A DNA stretch of 63,502 bases, filler included, from Clostridiaceae bacterium (GTDB lineage: Bacteria > Bacillota > Clostridia > CAYPLH01 > DUMO01), in assembly GCA_012839865.1 (NCBI GenBank). It is 4 parts of 4 records of this genome, joined end to end, with 100 filler letters (N's around TTAATTAATTAA, not from the genome) between each part and the next. Parts side by side here need not be neighbours in the genome. Positions count along the whole stretch, not along the records: positions 1 to 13,209 come from DUMO01000049.1; 3 more parts are not named here. One strand, written 5' to 3'. Numbering within the stretch: position 1 is the first letter of the stretch; each line of letters starts with the position of its first letter. A program made the translations under genes and the position numbers. The notes under the pieces are model-generated. The model was not told where the DNA came from. It did no database searches and saw only the letters and a list, made by a program, of their open reading frames with translations. Positions 1 to 9,698 of the stretch are shown in pieces.

Positions 1-622
1 CACCAACTGAAACACCTAATGCTCTTTTTTCTTCCACCGGTTCCAGTAAAACTACCTGGGCTGCCCCGCTCATTTTAGCAAGCTGAACCATAATAAGCCC
101 TATCGGTCCTCCGCCTATAACCATAACTGTATCCGATGTCTTGATTTCACAGTTATCAATGCCATGAAGACAACAAGCAACGGGTTCACAGAAAGCGCCT
201 TCCTCGAATGATACATGGTCTTCCAACCGGTACAACTGTTTGTAATGTACTGCGCAATATTGTGCAAATCCTCCGTTAACTTTGGTACCATAGCATATCA
301 TATTCTCGCAGAAGTGTCCCTTGGCGTTTAAGCAGAACCAACAACTACCACACATGTTGTTGGGGTCCACTGTTACCCTGTCTCCTACCTTGAACCCTTT
401 TACTGAAGAACCTACCTCTTCAACAATTCCGGAAAACTCATGTCCCAGAACAATAGGTGGTTGAACGGGTGTAGCTCCTTCCGAACCTTCGAAAATATGT
501 ACATCAGTACCGCAAACACCACCAGCCATTACTTTTAACAATACATCATTTTCGCCACAAACCGGTTTTTCAACTTCTTCGACTTCAATTATTCCTTTAC
601 CTTTAAAAACTGCTGCTTTCAT
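1..622 (-). CDS. Zn-dependent alcohol dehydrogenase (MDR family), 3' end runs off the window
   Basis: Manual minus-strand translation from ATG at 622: MKAAVFKGKGIIEVEEVEKP...GVCGTDVH...GHEFSG...CGSCWFC, with catalytic and structural Zn motifs. Confidence 0.9.
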   Translation of the reverse strand, partial: MKAAVFKGKGIIEVEEVEKPVCGENDVLLKVMAGGVCGTDVHIFEGSEGATPVQPPIVLGHEFSGIVEEVGSSVKGFKVGDRVTVDPNNMCGSCWFCLNAKGHFCENMICYGTKVNGGFAQYCAVHYKQLYRLEDHVSFEEGAFCEPVACCLHGIDNCEIKTSDTVMVIGGGPIGLIMVQLAKMSGAAQVVLLEPVEEKRALGVSVG

Positions 623-1072
623 AATATCACCACCTATAGAAATTTATAATTAATATTCTTACATACTTTTTTCAGGTTTTCAAGCTTCCAAATTCTTTTT
701 TTTGATGACATTAACTCAGCAGGCAGCCGTTTATTGCAAATAATGGCATCCGGCTTGCAGGCAATCAGGAATTTGGATTAAAACCCCTTACCTGTATGAG
801 CAGGTCAAGCTCTGGACCCACCTGGCGGTATTAAACCCGGACATCTTTGATAATTTCCGCCACCTGCAATGGGAAATACTCTTTTTCCCCGAAACCTTGA
901 ATCTACTTGTTATTCTCTCAAAATGTCATCTTTTTTTTGTGATTTTAATATTTATATATAAAGACTTTCTCATACCTTCTTCCGGAATAAATCCGGACAG
1001 AACTGCCGGTAAGAATCCCGGCCGGCACTCCGGACAAAATGAAACTTGCCTTCGGCGAAAGGAACGTTTTAC

Positions 1073-1333
1073 ATGACTTTGAAGAAACCAACCAAATTTA
1101 ATAAAGTAAAAGTACAGGATGCAATCCCCAGCGAGCACAAAGCGCTTCTGGAGGAAATACGAAAGGTTGCCATGCAATTGGAATGTGCAAACACTATGTT
1201 CAACTATGCCACAGACCCAAAACTTACAGAAAGCGCCATACATGAAATCAACTCATGCCAGTTGAGATACGATTACCTTGTAAAGGAAGCCAAAGCAAAA
1301 GGTTTGACTTTTAATTTACATTCAAATTTATAA
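1073..1333 (+). CDS. YaaL/DUF2508-like small protein
   Basis: LLEEIRKV...ANTMFNYATDPKLTESAIHEINSCQLRYDYLVKEAK pattern; ATG 1073 preceded by AAAGGA. Confidence 0.7.
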   Translation: MTLKKPTKFNKVKVQDAIPSEHKALLEEIRKVAMQLECANTMFNYATDPKLTESAIHEINSCQLRYDYLVKEAKAKGLTFNLHSNL

Positions 1334-1524
1334 ACTGTTCCTTATACAGTCAGTTTTGGAAAAGACCCTGTAAAATGCTTTGTAATCTTTGTAATGCTCA
1401 TTTTCCCGTGACATTTATCAAATTCACTTAAATTTCTTGTCTTCAATTAATAGCAACCGTTCTTGATAGATTTGATGGTAATAGTGTAATATATATTGTA
1501 TAACTCTAGAATCCAGGAGGACTA

Positions 1525-2340
1525 ATGACTTACATATATATTGCATATATTGCAGCAACTGTTATCCTTTTGCTTATTTCATACATGTGCTATGAAGCAA
1601 GAAATCCAAAGCTTGAAAGAATTGAGCTTTCCAAGAGTAAAAGCGGACTTAAAATAATGCAGTTGTCTGATATTCATATAAATTTGCTGAGAGTTTCCCC
1701 CGAAAAAGTAAAAAAACTCATTCTTAAAGAAATGCCTGACCTTTTGATAATAACAGGGGATTATATTGACCACCCCCGTCACATACCGGATTTTATCAGC
1801 TTTCTTGAAGGTTTAAAGACAGGCGTTCCAATATTCCTGTGTCTTGGAAACCATGATTGGCGTACATTTCAATACAATCAAAACGGGCTGAAAAGCTTTG
1901 TCGGTCAAATTGAAAAAGCCGGTGCCACAGTTCTTGAAAATAACTGCATAACTATTGTGAAAGGAAGGCATAAATACAACATTATCGGTTTTTCGGATTT
2001 CAAAGCCGGATGCATTGACCTTTCCACCCCCTTTGACCGGTGTTCAAAGGATGCATTCATGAACATAGCCTTCTCCCATAACCCGGATTTGGTACTTGCA
2101 CTGCCTAAACAGAAGGTGGACTTGTTCATGTGCGGTCATTTTCACGGTGGACAGATCTGGACTCCTTTTTCTCTCGAATTCAAAACCCTTCGGGACGATA
2201 AATTGTGCAAAATGGGAATACGAAAAGGGCTCCACAAGGTAAACGGCATAAATATTTACATTAACAGGGGGCTGGGCAATGTTGTATTTCCCCTCAGGTT
2301 TTTATCCCGGCCTGAAGTTACGGTATACCAATTACCATAA
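1525..2340 (+). CDS. Calcineurin-like metallophosphoesterase (YkuE-like) with N-terminal membrane anchor
   Basis: Motifs SDIH, TGDY, GNHD, SHNPD, GHFHGGQ; RBS GGAGG. Confidence 0.9.
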   Translation: MTYIYIAYIAATVILLLISYMCYEARNPKLERIELSKSKSGLKIMQLSDIHINLLRVSPEKVKKLILKEMPDLLIITGDYIDHPRHIPDFISFLEGLKTGVPIFLCLGNHDWRTFQYNQNGLKSFVGQIEKAGATVLENNCITIVKGRHKYNIIGFSDFKAGCIDLSTPFDRCSKDAFMNIAFSHNPDLVLALPKQKVDLFMCGHFHGGQIWTPFSLEFKTLRDDKLCKMGIRKGLHKVNGINIYINRGLGNVVFPLRFLSRPEVTVYQLP

Positions 2341-2381
2341 ACAACCGCCCAGCCCGCAACCAAACCGTTTCACCTTAACCA

Positions 2382-2903
2382 TTATTTTTTGTAACAGGCA
2401 ATTATCTCCCCGTAGTACATGGTATGAGGGTCCCCGGACTTGTAAAACCTGTTTCTTGATACATCCTCAAGGATGTCGATATTCATGGTTTGCTTATATA
2501 TAACCTTGCATTCATAAAACAGGTCACATTCACCGATAACCGGCACCTTCACCTTTTGCCCCGGAACAGGCGTCAGGTTCAATTCCCGGAATTTATCCAC
2601 ATCCCTGCCGGACTTCGTACCGCAAAATGCCAACTCGGCTTTCATGTCTCCAAAGGGCACACTCACCGTGAACTCGCCTGCTTCTTCAATCAACCCGTGG
2701 GTAAAGCGGGATAACCTGACAGGAACGATAAATACCGGCTTGTTCCAGTATATTCCTACACTACCCCAGCCTATTACCATGGTATTGGGTCTTTCTGTTC
2801 CAGATGTGAGAAATAATCCCCCTGAGCCTAATTTTTCAACAACCTTCGGTAAAAGCTCATTGTAATTTACATTAATCATCCCGTAACTGCTGCACAAACC
2901 CAA
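2382..2903 (-). CDS. Flavin reductase-like FMN-binding protein
   Basis: NTMVIGWG...SRFTHGLIEEAGEFTVSVP...CGTKSGRDVDK...HTMYYGEI; start could be ATG 2879. Confidence 0.85.
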   Translation of the reverse strand: MGLCSSYGMINVNYNELLPKVVEKLGSGGLFLTSGTERPNTMVIGWGSVGIYWNKPVFIVPVRLSRFTHGLIEEAGEFTVSVPFGDMKAELAFCGTKSGRDVDKFRELNLTPVPGQKVKVPVIGECDLFYECKVIYKQTMNIDILEDVSRNRFYKSGDPHTMYYGEIIACYKK

Positions 2904-2927
2904 AAGATTGCGCAGTTCCTCCTTTCA

Positions 2928-4235
2928 TCAGTGCTTTCCAAGCAATTCAAACATGTTTTTCTTGTACTGTTCAACCCCCGGCTGATCAAAGGGATTTACG
3001 CCCAACAAATAACCACTTATGGCACAAGCCTTTTCAAAGAAATAAACCATGTTGCCAAAGTAGTACTCGGTAAGTTCTGGCACATTAAGTACAAGGTTTG
3101 GCACTCCTCCGTCGGTATGGGCCTTTATCGTACCCTCCATGGCCATCTTGTTGACATAATCAACGCTTTTTCCTGCCAGGTAATTGAGTCCGTCCAAATC
3201 AACATCTTCTTTATCTATCTTTAAAGTCCTCTTGCTGTTTTCCACATTGACAACTGTTTCAAAAATATTCCTTATGCCATCCTGAATATATTGCCCCAGT
3301 GAATGCAGGTCAGTAGTGAAGTCCACACTTGCCGGGAAAATGCCTTTCTTGTCCTTTCCTTCGCTTTCACCAAACAGCTGCTTCCACCACTCGGCAAAAT
3401 AGTGCAATGCAGGCTCATAACTTACCAGAATCTCAATTATTTTATTCTTGCCGTACAATATATTTCTTGCTACAGCATACTTGTAGCAGTCATTTTCCAT
3501 CAACTCCGGATTCTCATAAAACTTGCACGCATCTTCCGCTCCATCCATGATTTTTTCAATATCCAATCCGGCAACAGCAATAGGAAGAAGCCCTGCCGGG
3601 GTGAGTACCGAATATCTTCCCCCTACATCGTCAGGTATGGTAAAGGTTTCGTAGCCCTCTTCCCTGGCCAACTTCAGAAGGGCACCCTTTGACTTGTCTG
3701 TAGTTGCGTATATTCTTTTTGCAGCTTTCTCTTTCCCGTATTTTTGTTCCATGTACTTTTTAAAAAATCTGAAAGCTATAGCCGGTTCGGTAGTCGTTCC
3801 GGATTTGGAGATAACATTGACGGAAATATCCCTGCCCTCCAAAATATCAAACAAATCCTCAATATATGCTGAACTTAAGTTGTTGCCTGCAAAATACACT
3901 TCAGGCCCTTTTCTCCTGTCTTTGGACAGCTTGTTGTTGAAACTGTGGGTGAGCATTTCTGTTGCCGCCCTTGCACCAAGATAAGAGCCCCCTATGCCAA
4001 TAACAACAAAGGCTTCGGATTCTGATTTGATTTTTTCAGAAGCTGCCTTAATCCTTTCAAATTCAGAGCGGTCATACTTCTCCGGTAAATTAATCCACCC
4101 GGTGAACTCACTCCCCTGCCCTGTTTTGCTGTGAAGCATCTCATGGGCCTTTTTGACAAATTCCCGGTAACATCCATACTCCCGGTCACTTATAAATGCG
4201 CTTGCTCTGCTATAATCAAACTTCAAATTTTGCAT
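2928..4235 (-). CDS. pgi: Glucose-6-phosphate isomerase
   Basis: [43 protein letters not shown] motifs. Confidence 0.97.
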   Translation of the reverse strand: MQNLKFDYSRASAFISDREYGCYREFVKKAHEMLHSKTGQGSEFTGWINLPEKYDRSEFERIKAASEKIKSESEAFVVIGIGGSYLGARAATEMLTHSFNNKLSKDRRKGPEVYFAGNNLSSAYIEDLFDILEGRDISVNVISKSGTTTEPAIAFRFFKKYMEQKYGKEKAAKRIYATTDKSKGALLKLAREEGYETFTIPDDVGGRYSVLTPAGLLPIAVAGLDIEKIMDGAEDACKFYENPELMENDCYKYAVARNILYGKNKIIEILVSYEPALHYFAEWWKQLFGESEGKDKKGIFPASVDFTTDLHSLGQYIQDGIRNIFETVVNVENSKRTLKIDKEDVDLDGLNYLAGKSVDYVNKMAMEGTIKAHTDGGVPNLVLNVPELTEYYFGNMVYFFEKACAISGYLLGVNPFDQPGVEQYKKNMFELLGKH

Positions 4236-4356
4236 TTACAACATCCCTCTCCTCTTAAATTTCTTCATGCATTGGAATCGTTTTAACAACATACATTTTA
4301 TGTGAAGTTCAATTTATATACTTTTTGCGTAGTAGTTACTTATATAATAATCTCGG

Positions 4357-6291
4357 TTATTCCAGTTCGGAAAGCCATAAATCAGCCATGGCGTCGCTGG
4401 GCATTCTCCAGTCTCCCCTGGGTGAAAGGCTGATTGAACCGACCTTTGGACCGTCAGGCAAACAGGATCTTTTGTATTGCTGGCTGAAAAACCTTTTATA
4501 AAAAACCTTCAGCCATTTTTGAATTGTTTTATCATCATACTTGTCTTTGAACGCCAGCTTTGCAAGAAATAGTATTTTTTCAGGTGGAGCTCCGTATTTC
4601 AACATATGGTAGAGGAAAAAATCATGGAGTTCATAAGGACCCACAATGTCTTCTGTTTTCTGATTGATTCCCCCCTTTGAATCAGGAGGCAGAAGCTCAG
4701 GTGTAATCGGAGTGTCTGATATTTTAAATAAAACCTCCCGGATATCATTGTTTTCGGTATTATTTGCCACCCACTGGACCATATGCCTTACAAGGGTTTT
4801 AGGTACACCAGTGTTCACAGCGTACATTGACATGTGGTCTCCGTTATACGTACACCATCCCAATGCCAGTTCCGACAAGTCTCCCGTTCCAATAGCCAGG
4901 CCGCCGATTTTGTTTGCTATATCCATTTTGATCTGAGTGCGCTCCCTGGCCTGCACATTCTCATAAGTTGTATCATGTATGGCAGGGTCGTGCCCTATAT
5001 CTTCAAAATGTTTCAGGCATGCACCTTTAATGTTGATCTCATGAATATCAACACCGAGGCTCTCCATTAACTTCATTGCATTATTATAGGTTACCCCCGT
5101 TGTTCCAAACCCCGGCATTGTAACCGCATAAATATTGCTTCTGGGAAGACCCATTAAATCAAATGCATTGACTGTCACAAGCAATGCAAGAGTCGAATCA
5201 AGTCCTCCTGAAATATCAATAACTGCCTTGTTTGCTCCAACATGTCTCATTCTTTTAATCAAAGCCCATGTCTGTATGTTGAAAATCTCTCTGCAGCGCT
5301 CATATCTGGCACTTGCGTCGTGTGGAATAAAGGGATGGGCTTCAACTTTTCTTTCCAGCGTGGTTATATCAACTTTTCTTATGTCAAAGAATGCCTTGCG
5401 GTATCTAAAGTTCTCCTGGCATCTTCCAAAAGTGGTGTTTTTTCTTCTTTCAGCAATAAGTTTTTGAATATCGATTTCACATGTTACAAGTTGACTTTTA
5501 TCCTGAAATCTTTCCGATTCAGTTATTATACTTCCGTTCTCTGCAATAATTGCATGTCCTCCAAAAACCGTATCGGTTGTCGATTCAAAGACACCTGAGG
5601 ACACATATAAATATCCTGAGAAACATCTTGCAGACTGCTGCTCAACCAGCTTTCTCCTGTATTCGCTTTTACCCACAAATTCATTGCTGGCTGAAAGATT
5701 GAATGTCAATACTGCTCCCTCAAGGGATTGACGGGAACTTGGTGGAATAGCAGTCCAAAGGTCTTCACATATTTCTATGCCAAAGCAAATTTCGGGATTA
5801 GACTTGTCACAAAATAGCAGGTCCTCCCCAAAGGGTACAGAAACACCAAAAAGCTCAACAGTCTGCCCGGTTGTTCCAAGGCCGCTTTTAAACCATCTCT
5901 GCTCGTAAAATTCACTGTAATTGGGTATGAATATTTTGGGGACAACTCCAAGAATTGCTCCTGACTGGATTACAACACCACAATTATATATCTTGTTCTG
6001 ATGTGTTACAGGCATCCCCAGCATAATTACAACACGGTAACCGCAGGTTTTCTCCAATATCTTCTTAAGGCAGTTATAGGCTTCGGAAATCAATCTTTCC
6101 TGAAAAAAGAGGTCACCACATGTATATCCGGTTATCGATAGCTCGGGTAAACAGACAAACTGCATTTCCTTTTCTTCAGCCACGCTGATCAGTTCAATAA
6201 TTTTCTCTGTATTAAATTTGCATTCGGCAACCCTAAGCTCAGGCACTGCTGCTGCAACTTTGACAAAACCATAATCCATAATTAAAACCAC
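4357..6291 (-). CDS. nadE: Glutamine-dependent NAD+ synthetase
   Basis: N-terminal nitrilase domain (PELSITGY, EICEDLW) plus SGGLDS synthetase domain and KRSCLPDGPKVG. Confidence 0.96.
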   Translation of the reverse strand: MVLIMDYGFVKVAAAVPELRVAECKFNTEKIIELISVAEEKEMQFVCLPELSITGYTCGDLFFQERLISEAYNCLKKILEKTCGYRVVIMLGMPVTHQNKIYNCGVVIQSGAILGVVPKIFIPNYSEFYEQRWFKSGLGTTGQTVELFGVSVPFGEDLLFCDKSNPEICFGIEICEDLWTAIPPSSRQSLEGAVLTFNLSASNEFVGKSEYRRKLVEQQSARCFSGYLYVSSGVFESTTDTVFGGHAIIAENGSIITESERFQDKSQLVTCEIDIQKLIAERRKNTTFGRCQENFRYRKAFFDIRKVDITTLERKVEAHPFIPHDASARYERCREIFNIQTWALIKRMRHVGANKAVIDISGGLDSTLALLVTVNAFDLMGLPRSNIYAVTMPGFGTTGVTYNNAMKLMESLGVDIHEINIKGACLKHFEDIGHDPAIHDTTYENVQARERTQIKMDIANKIGGLAIGTGDLSELALGWCTYNGDHMSMYAVNTGVPKTLVRHMVQWVANNTENNDIREVLFKISDTPITPELLPPDSKGGINQKTEDIVGPYELHDFFLYHMLKYGAPPEKILFLAKLAFKDKYDDKTIQKWLKVFYKRFFSQQYKRSCLPDGPKVGSISLSPRGDWRMPSDAMADLWLSELE

Positions 6292-6842
6292 CTATATACA
6301 ACAATTTTTTGCTTATAAAAAAATTTTATACAGCATCCCTTCCCCGGACTTTGGCAAGTGTTTCAGGATATTATCATAATAAAGTAAAATTCAGGTAAAA
6401 TCAAGATACTGCCAAAAGTCATTCGAGGCTGTGAGGAATCACTTTTTTTAGAAATTATAGACTTGAAACAGGTGGACAAACATTGGCAATCTTCCATCAA
6501 CGGTGTTCTGCAGAAGTTTTTATCCGGTGTCCGGGCAGCTTTGCAGCAATTTTCGAGTTACTGTCTGCAAATTTGTTGACTTTCGGCAACTCAAACTTCC
6601 TGAAAAAACCGGCACTGAACACTAAAAAAGAAGCTTTCTTACGGTACGCAATAATTCTGCGACTGTAAGAAAGCATCCTTTTTCTTTGGATGAAGCCATT
6701 ATCCAGCTTCATTAAAATATTTGGCAATACCTTAATATTATTTTATCACACATTGCAACAACCTGCAAGAAATATATTCTCATGCAAGCTTTATTAAAAC
6801 TGCTATGAATGAAAAATATGCAGAGGTAATGGAGTAGCCAAA

Positions 6843-7057
6843 ATGAATGAAAAGTATGCAGAACAATAACAAATGGCTTTATTTTGTCAGAAAACCAGGT
6901 GAGCTGAATGCAAAAATGCGTGAAAAAAACAGGATGTTTTTTTAGCTTTTTCGAGCCACGGATGGCGAGTAAAAAGCGGTAGCATTTCTGCATGAAGCGA
7001 ACCGTTGGTTTTCTCAAAATAAGAGCCTTGTTATTGTTCTGCATACTTTTCATTCAT
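6843..7057. repeat. MITE-like element bounded by a perfect 30-bp inverted repeat
   Basis: ATGAATGAAAAGTATGCAGAACAATAACAA (6843-6872) is the exact reverse complement of 7028-7057; imperfect extension to about 50 bp; partial third copy at 6805-6824. Confidence 0.65.
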
Positions 7058-7183
7058 ATAATGTTACTTACATTGGAACATTACAAATCAAACGAGCCGC
7101 ACTTTACAGAAGTCCCTAATCATGCTATACTATGGTAATTCACGGCATATTTTTTCAGGGGAATAATGATTTGGAGGAAGAGT

Positions 7184-7813
7184 ATGAAAGAAATAATTCT
7201 GGAGATTATCAATCAATTCGGATATATCGGCATCATGCTGCTTATCGCCATCGAAAACATATTTCCGCCCATACCCTCAGAGGTTATCCTTACATTTGGA
7301 GGATTCCTGACTACAATAACTTCTCTTAACGTATGGGGAGTAATAATATTCGCCACCCTGGGATCTGTCTTAGGTGCAATTGTTTTGTACACTATAAGCC
7401 GCATACTGAATACAGAACGGCTTGAACGGCTGTTTGACAGTAAACTCGGCAAAATTCTGCGTTTGAAAAAAGAAGATGTAAGAAAAGCTGAAAAGTGGTT
7501 CAACAAGCATGGCAACAAGGCAGTATTCCTTTGCAGATTTGTTCCCATAGTCAGAAGTCTTATTTCTGTACCGGCAGGAATAGCCCGAATGGATTTGAGC
7601 GTGTTTTTATTCCTCACTGTTGTCGGTACATTTATATGGAACATGGTGCTTGTTTTCCTTGGAAGGTTTGCAAAAGATGCATGGGAAACAATCATAACCT
7701 ATGTGGATCTCTATAAAATGGTGGCTATAGTTGTATTTGCATTAATTGCCCTCGTTGCAGCAGCACTTTTTATAAAAAACAGGTTTTTCGAGAAGAAACA
7801 GAACGATAATTGA
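7184..7813 (+). CDS. DedA family membrane protein
   Basis: ENIFPPIPSEVIL, RFVPIVRSLISVPAG; ATG 7184 after GGAGG. Confidence 0.93.
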   Translation: MKEIILEIINQFGYIGIMLLIAIENIFPPIPSEVILTFGGFLTTITSLNVWGVIIFATLGSVLGAIVLYTISRILNTERLERLFDSKLGKILRLKKEDVRKAEKWFNKHGNKAVFLCRFVPIVRSLISVPAGIARMDLSVFLFLTVVGTFIWNMVLVFLGRFAKDAWETIITYVDLYKMVAIVVFALIALVAAALFIKNRFFEKKQNDN

Positions 7814-7905
7814 GTATAAAATGACCGGCAGGGCTAATTGCAACTCTGCCCACAAAGAAAAAATACCTAAAGAGTAGATTGCTCAAGTACAAAGGAGTCT
7901 TATAA

Positions 7906-8388
7906 ATGTCAGTTGACAAGGTTCGAGAATATTTGAAGCAATGGAATGCAGACAAAAAGGTTCTGGAATTTGATGTGTCCAGCGCAACAGTTGAGCTGGC
8001 AGCACAGGCTCTCAATTGCAAACCGGAACGCATAGCAAAATCAATATCATTCAAAGCTGAGGAGGACGGCTGCATTTTAATTGTTGCAGCAGGGGATGCA
8101 AAAATTGATAATTCCAAATTCAAGGCTTTTTTTAAAACAAAGGCAAGAATGCTTACCCCTGACGAGGTTAAGGAACTTACAGGCCACGAAGTTGGAGGCG
8201 TATGCCCCTTTGCAGTGAATGAAAGCGTAAGGGTATATCTTGATGTATCGTTAAAACGCTTTGGTACGGTTTTTCCTGCATGCGGCAGCAGCAACAGCGC
8301 AATTGAACTTACACTGGAGGAATTGGAAAGGTACTCAAAAAGCCTTGCATGGGTTGACGTATGCAAAGGGTGGGAACCGCAGCCATAA
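7906..8388 (+). CDS. YbaK/EbsC family aminoacyl-tRNA deacylase-like protein
   Basis: SSATVELAAQAL, IAKSI, TGHEVGGVCPF, PACGSSNS. Confidence 0.9.
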   Translation: MSVDKVREYLKQWNADKKVLEFDVSSATVELAAQALNCKPERIAKSISFKAEEDGCILIVAAGDAKIDNSKFKAFFKTKARMLTPDEVKELTGHEVGGVCPFAVNESVRVYLDVSLKRFGTVFPACGSSNSAIELTLEELERYSKSLAWVDVCKGWEPQP

Positions 8389-8389
8389 A

Positions 8390-8971
8390 TTATCCCAATA
8401 TATTGGAATGCTCAAGCAGAATTTTTACTCCGATGAAAACAAGGATCAAGCCACCTGCAACCTCTGCCCTGGACTTGAATTTTGTACCGAATTTGTTTCC
8501 AAGAAAAACTCCCGACAGGGAAATAACAAATGTTGTAAGACCGATCAGCAAAACCGAAGGTATGATTGATACTTGCAGAAATGCGAAAGTAATACCGACT
8601 GCAAGAGCGTCAATACTTGTTGCAACCGCAAGAACAAAAAGCTCCTTTATATTGATACGCTCGACTTCTTCGCAGGCACAGGCTGACTCATCGTCTTTGC
8701 CAAAAGCTTCAAGCAGCATTTTTCCACCGATGAATCCCAGCAGGACAAAAGCCACCCAGTGGTCGTAGCGAGTAATATAAACCTCAAACCTTTTGCCAAG
8801 CACCCAGCCCAAAAAAGGCATAATTGCCTGGAACCCGCCAAAAAAAGCTGCAATGATTATGGGAAAATTATAATTCATCTTTTTTTTCATGCAAAGCCCT
8901 TTGCACATAGCTACAGCAAAAGCATCCATAGACAATCCGACAGCCACCATGAACAATTCCGCAATTCCCAT
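8390..8971 (-). CDS. mntP: Manganese efflux pump MntP family
   Basis: Two LSMDAFAV / ATSIDALAVG repeats, hydrophobic helices. Confidence 0.92.
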   Translation of the reverse strand: MGIAELFMVAVGLSMDAFAVAMCKGLCMKKKMNYNFPIIIAAFFGGFQAIMPFLGWVLGKRFEVYITRYDHWVAFVLLGFIGGKMLLEAFGKDDESACACEEVERINIKELFVLAVATSIDALAVGITFAFLQVSIIPSVLLIGLTTFVISLSGVFLGNKFGTKFKSRAEVAGGLILVFIGVKILLEHSNILG

Positions 8972-9042
8972 AATTTCCCCCTGATCTTAAAGTTTAATAT
9001 CTTCTTTTCCGGTTGTCCCGGTTTAAAAAAAGTAACTGATGA

Positions 9043-9071
9043 ATGATAACATATCTAAAAGATATGGTCAA
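9043..9071 (-). promoter_or_regulatory. Sigma-A promoter of mntP with a palindromic operator in the spacer
   Basis: Minus strand TTGACC-N17-TATCAT; palindrome CATATCT-N3-AGATATG at 9050-9066. Confidence 0.6.
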
Positions 9072-9102
9072 GCCTTATTTATAGCTAAGAATCCGACGCA
9101 AA

Positions 9103-9138
9103 CTAAAAAGGCGCATCCATACGGGACAACGCCTTTAG
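9103..9138 (-). terminator. Intrinsic terminator downstream of desulfoferrodoxin
   Basis: Minus strand AAAGGCG...CGCCTTTTT hairpin followed by a U run. Confidence 0.6.
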
Positions 9139-9243
9139 TATACTTCTTAGTACCGGGTTTGGGCAAATTCAACAAATTCCCCAATACACCTGATCTCTTT
9201 TATTGTTTATTGTTTTCCGGGTAATTCAATTCACAAAAAGTCA

Positions 9244-9624
9244 TTATTCAATTACTGACTTCCATAAGCCATGGAGGTTGCAGTATGCATATACTTCAGC
9301 ATTCTTTCTATCGCAAAAAACAGCCTTTGGTTCATTACCGGGAGCAAGGGAAATTCTTTCAGTTCCATCATCAGATACTACAGCAATCCATTCAATATAA
9401 TGCTCCTTCGTCATTGGATGCAAAACAGAGCCTACATCCACATATATTTTACCATCTTTACGTACGGCAACCGGAACATGCTTCTCCCTGGACGCATCCA
9501 CAGTGTTGGCCTCAAGCTTATTCATGGGCTGCCCGCAGCAAACAAGTTGCCCTCCTCCGTCTTTTATCAGGCCAACCATGTTTCCGCAAATCCCACATTG
9601 ATAAAAAGCTACTTTTGCTTTCAT
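9244..9624 (-). CDS. dfx: Desulfoferrodoxin (superoxide reductase)
   Basis: CxxC...CCG N-terminal domain, EKHVP, HPMxxEHYIEW, CNLHGLW. Confidence 0.95.
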   Translation of the reverse strand: MKAKVAFYQCGICGNMVGLIKDGGGQLVCCGQPMNKLEANTVDASREKHVPVAVRKDGKIYVDVGSVLHPMTKEHYIEWIAVVSDDGTERISLAPGNEPKAVFCDRKNAEVYAYCNLHGLWKSVIE

Positions 9625-9698
9625 ATATACTACCCCTTTCCAATTTTAAAATAAATATATAATTTTATATACCCGGCTTTTCGGATTGGAAACAATTT

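Noticed and set aside
640..925. Possible 6S RNA or decayed gene between the ADH and YaaL-like genes
   Set aside because: Some coding-like stretches (EYFPLQVAEIIKDV) interrupted by stops, but no recognisable family and no convincing rod fold.
2925..2930. Selenocysteine or genetic-code reassignment at the pgi TGA-TGA
   Set aside because: TGA terminates other intact genes in the window, and no Cys-equivalent position or SECIS-like hairpin is evident.
4270..4290. cre/LacI-like site TGGAATCGTTTTAA upstream of pgi
   Set aside because: Only a partial match to the consensus and a single occurrence; too weak to call.
6497..7053. ORFs 6497-6727 and 6712-7053 as a transposase
   Set aside because: No DDE, HUH or HTH motifs recognisable; only the inverted repeat is supported.
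8972..9240. yybP-ykoY manganese riboswitch upstream of mntP
   Set aside because: Consensus elements are absent and the promoter position leaves only about 65 nt of UTR; the hairpin at 9103-9138 is better explained as the dfx terminator.
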